Part shown: in pieces, positions 50,013 through 61,594 of the stretch
Numbering within the stretch: position 1 is the stretch's first letter
How the letters are laid out: the number at the start of each line of letters is the position of its first letter
NCBI GenBank assembly: GCA_963752385.1
Contig: CAVVYL010000065.1
Coordinates: 274,571 to 338,570 of the forward strand
Length of the DNA: 64,000 nucleotides
Direction of reading: 5' to 3'
Source of the DNA: an uncultured Acidimicrobiia bacterium
GTDB lineage: Bacteria > Acidobacteriota > Terriglobia > Versatilivoradales > Versatilivoraceae
The notes under the pieces: generated by a model
Seen by the model: only the letters and a program-made list of their open reading frames with translations
What the model was told of the DNA's origin: nothing
Database searches by the model: none
Position numbers and translations under genes: made by a program

Positions 50013-51763
50013 CGATCGCTAACCACTGGAAACCAACAGGACCATAGCATTTGAGCCGAATCTCAATGGCCTATACTGGCTTCTCCAATCGACGGCGACG
50101 CAAGTTTCACCATCGTGCCCGGAGCTGGAACCTCGCCATCATATATACCCGCCACTATGCGGTTGCAAAAAGCTGAGGAAGATGCCGGTAGTAGGGCGCG
50201 AGCTCCGTGTCGTTTACAGAGAAAATCGGAAATCCAGGGGTATGCTTGAAAATAAACCTAATGGCGCTCTCCTCAGGTTCTGGGATCAGTCCAACGATCC
50301 TGTGCCCTTCGTATTCTGGTGCCACTTCCTTGAGGCGTACCACAGGCGCTCCGACTCGTCTTGACCTGACTTCAAGAGAACGACGAGGAAACGCCCTTTC
50401 GTTAGGCCAAGCTCTCTGTAATTAGAGAGTATAGTACCGGCGGCGGCAGCAAGCGCCCAGTGTCAGTGAATACCGGAGACCCGACTGAATACCTCGCGAG
50501 CACACGCGGACCGAATTAGGAATGACCTGGCGCATAGCAGGGAGGGCTTCTCAATCGGGTGGGCCGGCTTAGTTGGCATCCAGTCTGTTCTCAAATCTAA
50601 CGATCAATGGTCTCCCGACGAGTAGCTTCCGGTCAGGGAGTCGAGCCTCAGACACCTCGCAACCTTGCGCCTCTCCGGCGACGGTCGTTTTCTCCCTGAC
50701 CCTCCTCCATGAGCCCACTTCCCTCAAAGCAATTGCCTAGCCATGCTTGACCACATCCCGACATGTGCAGACCAGAAGCTGGAGATCGTTAAGCTCCTTG
50801 CAGGCAAGAGCGAGCGTCTTCACATAGCTCCCGAGTGTCAACTAAGGCCCGGAGCCGGATAGCAGGGCCGGGGAATTCCCCCCATATGTGGATCATTTGC
50901 CCCATGTCCATTCATCGTGGCTCCGTGGTCGGCCGCAGGCACAAGAGCCCTTGGGATTGCTCTACTGTCCGAACGACATCTAGGAGGGGATTGCGATTCA
51001 CGGAGGTCCGGTTGTGCCCGCACGGCCTGCGAGCCATGGCTGCATTCGGATCCCAATCTTCGCGGCCAAAACGTTCTGTGAGATAGCCCCATCGGCAAGG
51101 TTGTGCTCGTTTACGGCGGTAGCCCTCAATCGATTTCCTGATGTGTCTCCAACTTTAGTTCTCCCCTTGTTCAAATATGCCGCAGTGATCTTCAAAGTCG
51201 TGGCCTTTTCATCGTCCACACCTCGCGTTCCCCATATCCAGCTTAGACTTGCTGCGGCCTGGCCACCTCTCTCCCGATCCACAAGCATCTCCTCGTGCCG
51301 TTGACTGCGATGGGAGCCCATCGGCTGGCGTAACGAGAGCCCTGGTGTCTTGGCAGTGGAATCGGGTTGTCCAAGGCGGACCCACGTGGCAACGCTCAAC
51401 AGTGCTGAGCCACTGCCGTCTCGCGCTTCTCAATGCGACAAAGATGGGTGGTTCGGGTTCTCAGAAAAAGAAGGCCCTGCCCGTAATCGGAGGGCGCAAA
51501 TTGAGACTGGCTGCTCGCTTGCAGTGGAAGATCTTGTGAAGGTTCTGATCTCAAGGCTCTATTGCCGATGAGTCTTGTCGGCTGAGATCTTCAACCTGGA
51601 ATGTGTTCCTCGATTACGGCAGGGTTTGCATCCCTCACCGAGGACGAGAACGGTCACTCCCTTGACAAACGCGACCGAGGAGACGGCGATTCCCCGATTT
51701 CGAGCAGTGCCAGAGGTTGATTTCTGAATCCCGAAGCCGGCAAATCAACCAGGAGGTGCTGAC

Positions 51764-52483
51764 ATGGATACCTTGACCACCGCCACGACCGGGACACGCA
51801 AGCCACTCAAAATCTACTCGTGGCTGAGAAGCCTTTTTGGGGGGCAACCTCTGAAAAGAATCGATGTTACTACTCTTTTTACCATCGTGCTGGCTGGCTC
51901 GTCCCTATGCCCTGCACTGGACACGGACACTTGGTGCGGATCTCCAAGTCAACACGCAGTCAATACCGCTTGGCGAGCGGCCGAGATCCACGATGACACG
52001 GCACTGCTCGCAGACTTTCAGAAGCGCGTACAGAAGTACGTCGAACTGCACAGACGCCTCGAAAGATGTCTGCCACCGCTAGAGCTATCGGATGATCCGG
52101 CTAAGATTTGTGCGGCCATTGGTGCCCTTAAGCGGGAGCTGCGAGCTGCCCGCACCAAGGGGAAACGTGGAGAACTTTTCACCAACGACATCGGGGAGCT
52201 GTTCCGTCGGGTTATCCTCGAGGCGCTGAAGGACGCTGATCCCGTCGAGCTTCTTGTCATGTTGGCGGAGGAAGATCCCAACCCGACCGCCCTGCCGCGA
52301 ATCAATGCGTCGTATCCAGGAGCCGCTCAGATCGCGGTCATGCCGGCTCGGATACTGCTCGCTCTTCCCGAATTACCCGAAGAGCTTAGGTACAGTTTCA
52401 TGTATCGAGCATTGATCTTGTGGGATGTTCATGCCGAGCTAATCGTTGATTTTATCCCGGACGCCATACCCTACTCTGATTAA
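51764..52483 (+). CDS. hypothetical protein
   Basis: 239-aa ORF with no recognised domain. It sits in a gene-sparse region. Confidence 0.3.
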   Translation: MDTLTTATTGTRKPLKIYSWLRSLFGGQPLKRIDVTTLFTIVLAGSSLCPALDTDTWCGSPSQHAVNTAWRAAEIHDDTALLADFQKRVQKYVELHRRLERCLPPLELSDDPAKICAAIGALKRELRAARTKGKRGELFTNDIGELFRRVILEALKDADPVELLVMLAEEDPNPTALPRINASYPGAAQIAVMPARILLALPELPEELRYSFMYRALILWDVHAELIVDFIPDAIPYSD

Positions 52484-52734
52484 GAACACAATAGTCAAGA
52501 CACGCAGGGTGGGTCACGCGTCTCGACGGCAGCAGCAACGGTACGTTGCTTTCATCCATGCGCTGGAGCGGCATGAGAAGGGAAGAAATGAATGGGGCCA
52601 GCAAGCAGTTATGGAGGATCCTGGAGTACCCGATTAGAGCTCAATTCTTGTCTTTCTTCACTGGAATAGATAGCTGACGGTGGGCCAAAGGCTGTGAAGA
52701 TCGAATCAGCCTCCGTCGGTATCAATGGCAGGAG

Positions 52735-52947
52735 GTGGCAATGAAGGATCAACTATACGTGATGATTTCCGGAACCATTTTCGGCCTTGTGGCACTGTTG
52801 CATTTGCTCCGGGCTGTCAATCAGTGGCCATTTCAGCTCGGGCCGTGGTTCCTTCCCCAGTGGGCGTCGTGGTTTGGCGCGGCAATTGCGGCAGGTCTAT
52901 GTTTATGGGCCTTTCGCCTGTCGACCCAAGGGAGAGACGTTCCGTAG
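52735..52947 (+). CDS. small two-TM membrane protein
   Basis: MAMKDQLYVMISGTIFGLVALLHLL...FGAAIAAGLCLWAF. 70 aa. Confidence 0.3.
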   Translation: MAMKDQLYVMISGTIFGLVALLHLLRAVNQWPFQLGPWFLPQWASWFGAAIAAGLCLWAFRLSTQGRDVP

Positions 52948-53053
52948 GCATTCTGTCTAAGAGTATCCGTTGACAAGGCCAATCCTGAGAGAGAACCGTC
53001 CGTTGGAAGAAGAGACACCTCTTCGATAGGGGCGTCCGAGAAAGGAAACAACA

Positions 53054-56000
53054 ATGACCACCACAGACGGCATGAAAGTTTGTTTGACGAAGAAGGACAC
53101 ATGGTGGTTGACGCTGGCAACAGCGTTGATCGCTTGGCTGGTTTCCAGCTATGCGATCGAGCCAGCTAGTGTGACCTTCAGGCTGCCATTCCGGATGGAT
53201 TCCAGGCGAATCTGCGACACGTCACTTTTGACCCCGCCTCTCCCCAAACGAATTTCAGCCGCATACACACCAAAACAGCGCAGCCATGAGATCGGCAAGA
53301 CCTTTGGAAAATTTCCGCTCAGCTTTGAAGTAAACCACGGGCAATTGGATCCACATAGTGAAGTTCGTCTCCCGAGGTCGAGGATACACGCTCTCTTTAA
53401 CGGCGAATGAAGCCGTGTTTCATTTCTGGAGCGGAGATCTCGAATCGCGAAATGAACAAACCCTTACGCCTTCGGATGCGAGACCTGCAAGACTCTTCTC
53501 TTTTTTCCAAATTTCGGCCCCGGAACTTTCGCGGGTGGCGGGGAGAGATATTAAGGAACCACTGGTGAATCGGCGACCTTCGGATCGGCGACCCGAAGTC
53601 CCCAATCTGCAATCTCGATCGGTTCGCATGAAACTCATCGGCTCTAATCCCAGGGTAGCAGTCGAAGGAATCGACAGGCGGGCGGGGATTACCAATTACT
53701 TCATAGGCAACAATCCTGAGAAATGGCGAACAAACATACCGAATTATTCCAGAGTCCGTTATCGCGACATCTATCCTGGTATTGACTTGGTCTACTACGG
53801 AAATCCTGAACAGCTTGAGTATGACGTTGTGGTTGCTCCAGGCGTTGACCCGCAATCTTTTTTGATGACGTTTGATGGTGTTGACCATCTTTCAATCAAT
53901 GAAAGCGGCGATCTGGTCATGGAAGTCGCTGGATCACAGATACTTCAGCATAAACCTCAAGTCTACCAATGGATCAAAGGAAAGCAGAGAAATGTCCCAG
54001 GAGAATATCGACTCACCAGAGAAATGCAAGTCGCGTTTTCGGTGGGGGATCATGATGTGACGAAGCCGCTTTTTATCGACCCTGTTTTCTCGTTTACGTT
54101 CACTGGCCGCGGTTATGCGTCCGGGATCGTCCTGGATTCAGCAGGCTCGGCTTGCATTATAGGTCACGCGCTCACCCCCGACTTTCAGACCACCCCTGGG
54201 GCGTTTCAAACAACGGGAGATGGCGCTTTCGTAGCCAAACTGAACCCTGCGGGTACCGAACTCGTCTACTCTACTTTCCTCGGCGGGAGTGGAAGCGACA
54301 CTGCCACCGGCATAGTCGTTGATCAGAGCGGGAATACTTATATCGCCGGTTTCACCAATTCATCCAACTTCCCAACGACTCCCGGGGCTTTGCAGCCGGC
54401 GTATGCCAGCGGCTCGACCTCCTTCGGACCTTCCGATGCCTTTGTGACCAAACTGAATCCCACAGGAACAGCCCTGGTCTACTCGACCTACCTGGGAGGG
54501 AAGGATTATGACTCAGGGGCTGGGATTGCAGTCGACGCCGCAGGAAATGCTTACACCACCGGCAGCACTTCGTCCACGGACTTTCCAGTCAGCCCATCGT
54601 TTCCGAATCCACCCGGCGCCTTTCAGAAAAGCAACGGTGGAAGCGAAGACGTTTTCGTAGCCAAGCTCAACCCGCTTGGGTCGGCGTTGGTCTATTCTAC
54701 TTACCTCGGTGGGAGTCGTGACGAATTCCCCGCTGGCCTTAGAGTGAATAGCGCCGGCGAAGCCTATGTGGCAGGAACTACAGGATCGGACAACTTTCCC
54801 CTGACAGCTGGAGCTTATCAAACCCAGTTCTGGGGAGGACATGGGATGTCTTCGCCACGAGGCTCAATGCTTCAGGAACGGGTCTCATTTATTCGACCTA
54901 TCTCGGAAGTGCAGAGGAGGAAATCGCAGCGGGCCTTGCCTTGGATTCTCAAGAGAATCTTTACATCTCTGGCCCGTCCTTTGTAAAGATACTTAACTCC
55001 GCCGGCACCCATCAGGTTTATTCCACCCATTTGGCAGGTGGTTTTCCTCCTGGTACTGGTTTACCTGGAACAGGCAGGATCGAAGTGGATTCGGCAGGCA
55101 ATGTGTACGTCCTGGATTCCCAGTCCTTGAAGAAGCTGAATCCCCGTGAGGATTCCATTTTGAGCACAATCCCGTTCGGAGGTTACGATCCAAGGCTCGA
55201 TATCACGAGCTTCGCGTTGAATCCTGCTGGAGAGTTATATGTCACAGGGTCGAAGAGTACCGGAGCGATCATTTACGGCCTCGGAATAGTCTCTTATCAG
55301 AACCAGAACGTCTACGTCGCCAAGTGGACCGAAACTGAAAGTGCAACTCTATTCGTTCCCATTGTCCTCTCGGCATCCGGACTCAACAACTCGTTCTTCA
55401 CTTCCGAATTGACACTCACTAACAGAGGTCCGAAAGACGCCACACTCGATTTGACCTATGTCCCTGCCTTCGGCGAAGGGAGCGGGTCTGTCACAACGAC
55501 ACTTCCGGCGGGGAAACAGTGGATCTTTCCGGATGCAATCGAGTATCTGAGATCTCTCGGTTTGCCAATCCCAGCAACTGGAGATCAGGGTGGGACTGTA
55601 TCGATTCACGTTGCTGGAGTACTTCGCCTTCCGATGTTGCGGCGATGGTGCGAACCACCACCCCGGCAGGCAGAGGCCGTGCCGGTTTGGCTTACCCTGC
55701 CGTACCCGCTTCCAAGGCCTTGAACGATCCAGTCTATCTCTTAGGGCTTCGCCAGAACGAACAGGACCGATCCAATGTTGCCGTTCAAAACGCCGGCGGC
55801 CCGGGGGAAGGGGACATCGTACTCCGTCTCACGATATTTTCAGGTGACCGAGGCAGACCTCTCTCGCTCGTGCTGCCTGAGATACAACTGGGGCCAGGTG
55901 AATTCCGGCAGATCAACGGCATCCTCAATTCCGTTGGAGGTGCTTTGCAGAGTGGATACGTCCGTGTCGAAAAACTCAGCGGCTCAGCTCCTTACTACGC

Positions 56001-56833
56001 TTACGGCGTTATTAATGACCAAATGAGTTCCGACGGATCCTTTGTTCCGCCAACACCAAGATTTCTGGCAGCCGGGCAAGATGCGCTGTGGTTGCCAGCG
56101 GTGGTTGAGTCAGACGAGTTTGACACCGAGGTAGTCGTCACAAACTGGTCTGCAAATCGGAAAGTAATCCAGCTGGGTTTTCAGGCGCAAGCCTTGGCAA
56201 ATGCCGAAAAGACAGCCGTTGTTTCTGTTGAACTTGAAGGCGGAGAGCAAAAAATCATCCCCAGTTTTGTTCAATATCTGAGGGACCACGGATTGGGCGA
56301 TGTTGGCCCTATGGGACCGACTTATGTGGGGACAGTGATTGCAAGAGATGCCACTCAACTTAAGGGCTATGATCTGGAAGGCGTCTCCGTCAGCGCGCGC
56401 ACGTCTGCACAGGGTGTTGGAGGTAAGTATGGGGTCTTTTACTCTGGTGTACCCCAGAGTGAAACATCTCTATTTTCCAGCGTTTGGCTTTATGGCTTGC
56501 AGCAGAATACGGAGAATCGTACCAACCTGGCCCTGGCAAGTACAGGAGTTCCGGGCTCTCAAGAGCAAGCTGCCAATGAATTCAGGATTGAACTTTTTGA
56601 CGGTGACAACGGTTCTCGGGTCAGTCTCATCGAGAATGTCACTCTCGGTTTTGAGCCCTGGAAACAACTGGACTCCATCCTGGCGCAACTATGCCCCCAC
56701 CACACAACAAGGCTATGCCAGAGTGTCACGAACAAAAGGTGGGTCACCGTTTATCGCTTATGCGGTTATCAACGATGGCTCCGCTCCAGGCGAGCGGACG
56801 GGAGATGGAGCGTTCATACCAAGCTCGCCCTGA
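53054..56833 (+). CDS. large secreted SBBP (beta-propeller) repeat protein, split by at least four frame changes
   Basis: N-terminal TM/signal WWLTLATALIAWLVSSYA then GKFPLSFEVNHGQLDP // KFVSRGRGYTLSLTANEAV (a family N-terminal box). Repeated YSTFLGGSGSDTATGIVVDQSGNTYIAGFTNSSNFPTTPGA SBBP units follow. The ORFs are 53054-53410, 53358-54986, 54941-55723, 55519-56925 and 56339-56833. Confidence 0.65.
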
Positions 56834-56877
56834 GCCTGCTGAGGCTGGGGAAGGCACGAAGATGGAGGCCGTCTCTT

Positions 56878-58173
56878 TCAGAGACCAGAAGTGTCTTTCG
56901 GAGCGGCCGCAACCCGAATCGATGAATCAGACTGATCGACATTCTCAGCTTTCGCCAAATGGAGAGTTGGAGAATAATGCCCGATTTGGTTGCCAAGATG
57001 TTTTTGCGCACCACAGGCGGGGGGCGGCTGCAGCCGCGAAAGATCCGGCAGAGTCTGGCTCAGCAAGATCAGCTCATCGCCTTCGCGCAACGGTCCCGCT
57101 TCCCCGCCAACCGGGTTGAGCATCATTGTTTCACCGCGATAGAGCCCGATGAGAAGGCACGCCTTCATGTTCGTGCGATCGGGCAGGAACACGTTTGCCG
57201 CTGCGACGAAATCCATCCCAACAAGTTGGGCAGGCACCGGCACCAGGTACATCTCGTTGGCGTCGCGCCGGACCGATAGCAGCTCTTGATAAACGCGCGT
57301 CATGCCATGAAAGAGCGAGGCACGTGCCATCAGCCGCAATCCGAAGTCGGCGGCCGAGATGACTTCATCGGCACCCGCCTTGCGCATGTGCAGCCGGTAT
57401 TTCGGATCCTGGCACTCGACCACGATGTTTGGCTGGCGCTCTTGCACGCAAACGTTCTTGACGGCAATGCAGCACACGATGGTTTTTCCGTCGGCATGCT
57501 GGTCCTGGCGGTCATCCGACAAGATGACGACGGAATGCGCTTGCGCAACCTTGGCGCGGCGCAGGATCACTTCGTTGGCTGGGTCACCTTTGACGATATA
57601 GACGTCGTTGAAGGCGGCTTCATCCTGTTTGTCAGGCAGCACGACTTCGTCGGGTGTGTCGTGAACGATCACGACTGGCCGCTTGTCGGTGATACCGCTG
57701 TGCACTTCGCGTATCCAGTCTAGTGCTCGCGGCGACCAGTTGCACAGCACCAGATGGTCAGACATTTCAAGATTAGACACCTCACGACTCCTTAGTGAGC
57801 GTTCGATCAGGATCGACGCCACGCTGGCCGTGAACAAACCGGCCAAGGCGACACCGACGACAAGCACGGCGGAAACCACGAGCCGCCCAACAGGAGAGTT
57901 GGGCGCGTTGTTGAGTCCGCTGAAGAGGGTGACCCAGACGTTCCAGAGGGACTCGCCCAACGTCTCGAACGCTGGATTCGTGCCACGCTCCGCGAAGTGG
58001 AGTGCTGTGCCGCTGACGATCCAGATCACCACGATAGCGGTCAGGATTTTCCAGACTTGGTGGCGGTTCCACGCCGTTAGCACGCTCAGCAAGGTGCCGC
58101 GCCACGACGCCTTGTCCCGAACTCGGCCGAGCTCGCTCAAAGCCGAGCCTCTGCGTCCGGAGCCATAACTCAT
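56878..58173 (-). CDS. potassium channel with tandem RCK/TrkA domains
   Basis: Two TM helices plus a pore region (WKILTAIVVIWIVSGTALHFAE...LWNVWVTLFS) followed by two TrkA_N-like Rossmann segments (HLVLCNWSPRA...; HSVVILSDD...). Confidence 0.7.
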   Translation of the reverse strand: MSYGSGRRGSALSELGRVRDKASWRGTLLSVLTAWNRHQVWKILTAIVVIWIVSGTALHFAERGTNPAFETLGESLWNVWVTLFSGLNNAPNSPVGRLVVSAVLVVGVALAGLFTASVASILIERSLRSREVSNLEMSDHLVLCNWSPRALDWIREVHSGITDKRPVVIVHDTPDEVVLPDKQDEAAFNDVYIVKGDPANEVILRRAKVAQAHSVVILSDDRQDQHADGKTIVCCIAVKNVCVQERQPNIVVECQDPKYRLHMRKAGADEVISAADFGLRLMARASLFHGMTRVYQELLSVRRDANEMYLVPVPAQLVGMDFVAAANVFLPDRTNMKACLLIGLYRGETMMLNPVGGEAGPLREGDELILLSQTLPDLSRLQPPPACGAQKHLGNQIGHYSPTLHLAKAENVDQSDSSIRVAAAPKDTSGL

Positions 58174-58393
58174 GTCATTTTCCGTGTGCGAGGGCTGTCA
58201 CGATTAGGGCGAGCGGTAATTGTTTCTAGGCCGAAAGTCCGCCTGCAGGCGCACTTATTCGCCACGCTCATATTTCGTCAAGTCCCGCGTTCTTTGCACG
58301 CCATGACAACCGGCAAGGAAGCACGACTGATTGTACACGGTACGCCACTAGTCCGCCAGTCCGAAAACCACCACCCGCCGCCCTGGCGGAAGC

Positions 58394-58580
58394 CCCAGAG
58401 CGAGTTGCCGCCGGCGGCCACCGCCACGTACTGCTTGCCGTCCATGGCATAGCTCAACTGCGGCGCGTTCACGCCCGCGCCGCAGTTGAAGACCCACAGC
58501 CGTTCGCCCGTCTTGGCATCGAACGCCGAGAGGTCACCCTTGCCTTCGCCCGTAAACACCAGCCCGCCCGCGGTCGCCAA
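58394..58580 (-). pseudogene. C-terminal fragment of PQQ-dependent dehydrogenase
   Basis: GGLVFTGEGKGDLSAFDAKTGERLWVFNCGAGVNAPQLSYAMDGKQYVAVAAGGNSLWGF is a quinoprotein dehydrogenase terminal propeller blade. There is no upstream body. Confidence 0.55.
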
Positions 58581-58992
58581 GGAACGCTTCGCCGATCAGC
58601 GGATCTTCCGATCTTCTGCATGATAGAGCGATAGTGTCCTCATAACGCCTCGCAGCGTTTACGAATCCACTCGGGCGAGAAGTCGGCCCCACTTCTCGCC
58701 ACCCAGTAACGGAAGAGTCCGGCGTCGAATGCCGCAGGCCAAATGATTTCCGGCTTGTCAGCCATCGACAGGGATCGATCGCCTAAGGACGTACCTATCG
58801 GCAGCCGTCAGCATCTGAGGCCGCGACGAAGGCAGACGATAGGAAATGTTTAGTGCCGTCTCGCGGTTAGCATAACCTCCGTTCTCAGCCCATTTGGCAG
58901 TCCTCCGCACACGAACAAGGAGCGGCACATGGCACTCATTGGCGCACCTCACATGCTGCTTTACTCGTCTCAAGCAGACGCTCTGCGGGTAA

Positions 58993-59316
58993 TCTACGAA
59001 ATCCGTTCGGTTTCGACTCGGTGGACGCAGCGGTGGCTGGCTCATTTTTGCGCTACCTCCATCAGAGCTCGGGGTGCACCCTGCGGAGGGTCCGACCTAT
59101 GAATCCGGTGTTCGCCATCAGGTTACGTTCATGTGTGACGACATCCGAGCGACAATCGCCGAACTGCGCATGAGGGGTGTCCAAATCGATGGCGAGCCAG
59201 AAGATCAGGGCTACGGCGTCACAGTAATGATGACATTGCCAGGTGGCGTGCAGGTCATGCTATATGAGCCGCGCCACGCCATGGCTATCACCCCAAGCAA
59301 GACAAACGCAGGCTAG
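58993..59316 (+). pseudogene. VOC/glyoxalase-family C-terminal fragment
   Basis: ...GGWLIFALPPSELGVHPAEGPTYESGVRHQVTFMCDDIRATIAELRMRGVQIDGEPEDQGYGVTVMMTLPGGVQVMLYEPRH. A possible N-terminal half (MALIGAPHMLLYSS...) is in another frame. Confidence 0.35.
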
Positions 59317-59372
59317 AGCGGGCCGCGTGTGGATCACGCATCCGTATGAAAAGAAGCTCTCAGCCCGAGCCT

Positions 59373-60422
59373 TCATTTTTCCGAAAGACGAGAAACTAAC
59401 AACTTGATGAACCGTTCTCTATCGATATCCATCGCCACATGAGTGTTCGGTTGCAGAGGCTCAGTCCCTTCGAAAACTAACCGGTCTCCTCGGGGTACTA
59501 TCCGATTAGTGGCATTCTGGCGATTGGCAACGGTTTCGGCCCGTGTGAACTCCCCACGCAGTTCCACATCGATATGAAAAAACTGTGTCGTGATCAGCGT
59601 GCGGTCAATGACTGCACCCATCGCCGTTGGATCATACAACGGAGCGCCCTTGAGGCCGTACTTTTCAGATAAATTGATAAGGTATTCGAGGAGCTCAGCA
59701 GCGAAATCATTTTGGGCCCCGTGAGTTTTTTTTAGTTGCTGGAGGTGGTCGCGACGGAAGAGTGCCTTTCGTCCTATCTCCAATCCGACCATCGTCAATG
59801 GGCAACCACTATTGAACACAATTTGGGCCGCTTCGGGGTCCACGTAAATGTTGAATTCGGCCACGGCGTCGACATTGCCGCCTGAGATTGCTCCCCCCAT
59901 CAAGACCACTTCTTTTACTAATTTCGCAATTGAAGGATCTTTGGAGAGCGCGAGGGCAATATTGGTAAGGGGTCCAACCGGAACCAACGTAATCTCATGC
60001 GGATACTTGCGGACAAGTTCGATGATGAGGTCGGGCGCAAAGTTCGGGTCTGGACTGCACCGAGCCGGGGGCAGGTTGATATTCGCAAGGCCATTCGGAC
60101 CGTGGGTCTCCGCTGTGACCAACTTTTGGAGCAGGGGCTTTTGTGCTCCGGCAGCAACAGGTATATCAGTACGCCCTGCCAGAGACACGAGCTTGAGCGC
60201 ATTCTCAAGTCCTTGCGCAGCTGTTACATTGCCCGGCACAATAGTAAGGGCTTCGACTTTCAGCTCCGGCGAGTTCAGCGCCAGCAGAATCGCAAGGGCA
60301 TCGTCCGTCCCTGGATCAGTGTCGATAATCACTCGTTTCGGCGCTTCCGGAAGAGCGGCCCATGCCATGGCTCCGGCCATCCAGAAAATTCCAACCACGC
60401 TGCAGTGCCGCCACATATTCAT
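59373..60422 (-). CDS. secreted inosine-uridine-preferring nucleoside hydrolase family protein
   Basis: Signal peptide MNMWRHCSVVGIFWMAGAMAWAA, then RVIIDTDPGTDDALAILLALNSPE, which is the IUNH DxDxxxDD motif. Confidence 0.8.
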   Translation of the reverse strand: MNMWRHCSVVGIFWMAGAMAWAALPEAPKRVIIDTDPGTDDALAILLALNSPELKVEALTIVPGNVTAAQGLENALKLVSLAGRTDIPVAAGAQKPLLQKLVTAETHGPNGLANINLPPARCSPDPNFAPDLIIELVRKYPHEITLVPVGPLTNIALALSKDPSIAKLVKEVVLMGGAISGGNVDAVAEFNIYVDPEAAQIVFNSGCPLTMVGLEIGRKALFRRDHLQQLKKTHGAQNDFAAELLEYLINLSEKYGLKGAPLYDPTAMGAVIDRTLITTQFFHIDVELRGEFTRAETVANRQNATNRIVPRGDRLVFEGTEPLQPNTHVAMDIDRERFIKLLVSRLSEK

Positions 60423-60629
60423 AGGGATACCCTTTCGTGCGAGTGGAGTTGGTGAAGGCAATGTTCTCGGTCTCTCTGTAGAATCCTATGTGAGCCGTCG
60501 TTGCGTTTCAAGTTCAGATCGCCGTGGGCCTCTTTGAGACAACTTTACGAGTACAGGGTCAGAAGCCGTACTGTGCGCATTGACCCCCCGTTTGAGGCGC
60601 ACGATCCAGCACGGCGCTCGGCGCCAGTG

Positions 60630-60812
60630 TCACGTTCGAGATTTCAACCGCGGCCGCGGCCGTTTCCGCTTGAGAACGACGAGCTGCTGCCGCAAGGCGA
60701 GGATCTCCAGGGCGGCGTCAGTTTGTGACATGCGTAACATCATCCTCAAAGGTCGGCTACCCGGAATCGCAAGTTGCTGATTGCAAAACACGACCGAATT
60801 TCGGCTACCCAC
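60630..60812 (-). mobile_element. transposase N-terminal fragment (remnant)
   Basis: ...DAALEILALRQQLVVLKRKRPRPRL resembles the conserved N-terminal LRHQLAVLRR..RPR segment of rve-type IS transposases. It is truncated after 60 codons. Confidence 0.35.
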
Positions 60813-60907
60813 AGCTATGGATCACCGGCGCCACGTTGGCGGTGGACGGCGGCCAGACCTGCACCGAGGGCGGCCTGACTGGGGTAAATGACCGAGCTAC
60901 CGCATGA
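60725..60907 (+). pseudogene. short-chain dehydrogenase/reductase C-terminal fragment
   Basis: ...YPQLWITGATLAVDGGQTC is the SDR C-terminal tail (ItGq.l.vDGG). There is no upstream Rossmann domain. Confidence 0.4.
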
Positions 60908-61030
60908 AAAAAACTGCAGCGCAATGAGACAAGGCTGTTGTACGCGGATCCGCCGTCAAGGGCACGATCGAAAGACCCGCCGCGACGAGCAAAACGAGAA
61001 TAATTTTTGTTAAAGGCATAGTGGTGAACC

Positions 61031-61243
61031 TTACATTCTCTCTAAAAACTCCCGCGGATGTTTCTCAGAACATACAGAGACGAAATTGAATAATCCTCTT
61101 TCCGCTTTCGCCAGCTCGCGGCAGAGATCATTGAAAGTCTGCTCCATCCCTTCCTCGAAACGCTCGCGGTACGACTTTGGATAGAAACGAAGCAGTTTTA
61201 GGTACAGCTTCCGGTATCGTGCAATCGGGTGTTCATATGCCAT
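61031..61243 (-). CDS. hypothetical protein translationally coupled to PadR (possible truncated permease-prefix-like N-terminus)
   Basis: Its ATG at 61243 overlaps the corrected PadR stop (ATGGCATATGA). MAYEHPIARYRKLYLKLLRFYPKSYRERFEEGMEQTFND. Confidence 0.35.
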   Translation of the reverse strand: MAYEHPIARYRKLYLKLLRFYPKSYRERFEEGMEQTFNDLCRELAKAERGLFNFVSVCSEKHPREFLERM

Positions 61244-61594
61244 ATGTGTATGTGTTGGGTGAAAGCTTATTGCGCTTGGCGACCGCCACGACCTCGCGGT
61301 ATCGCTTCAATTCCGCTGCGAGCGCGTCTTGGCCGAGGCCGGTGATTTTGTAGTACACTCGCCGTTCATCGTCCATATCGGGGTCTCTTTTTTTTCGCTC
61401 TCGCGTATGAGTCCCGTCTCAATCATCCGGCCCAACGAGCCGTAGAGCGTTCCCGGCCCCATATTTACCTTTCCCTGCGAATCCGCTTGGACTTGCTTCA
61501 TAATTCCGTAGCCGTGCCGCTCTTTCACGGAGAGCGCAAGGAGGATATGAAGTACCGCCGGAGTCAGGGGCGCGTTGGCTTTGTTGTTTGCCAT
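61233..61594 (-). CDS. PadR-family transcriptional regulator (frame change in T8 homopolymer at 61389-61396)
   Basis: LTPAVLHILLALSVKERHGYGIMKQVQADSQGKVNMGPGTLYGSLGRMIETGLIRESEKK. After a -1 shift the sequence reads RDPDMDDERRVYYKITGLGQDALAAELKRYREVV, which is the canonical PadR C-terminus. Confidence 0.75.

Noticed and set aside
50835-51400. Group II intron / retroelement or IS hidden in the ORF-poor region
   Set aside because: Translations of all six frames show no RT (YADD), maturase, HNH or DDE motifs. No domain V-like hairpin or terminal inverted repeats were recognised.
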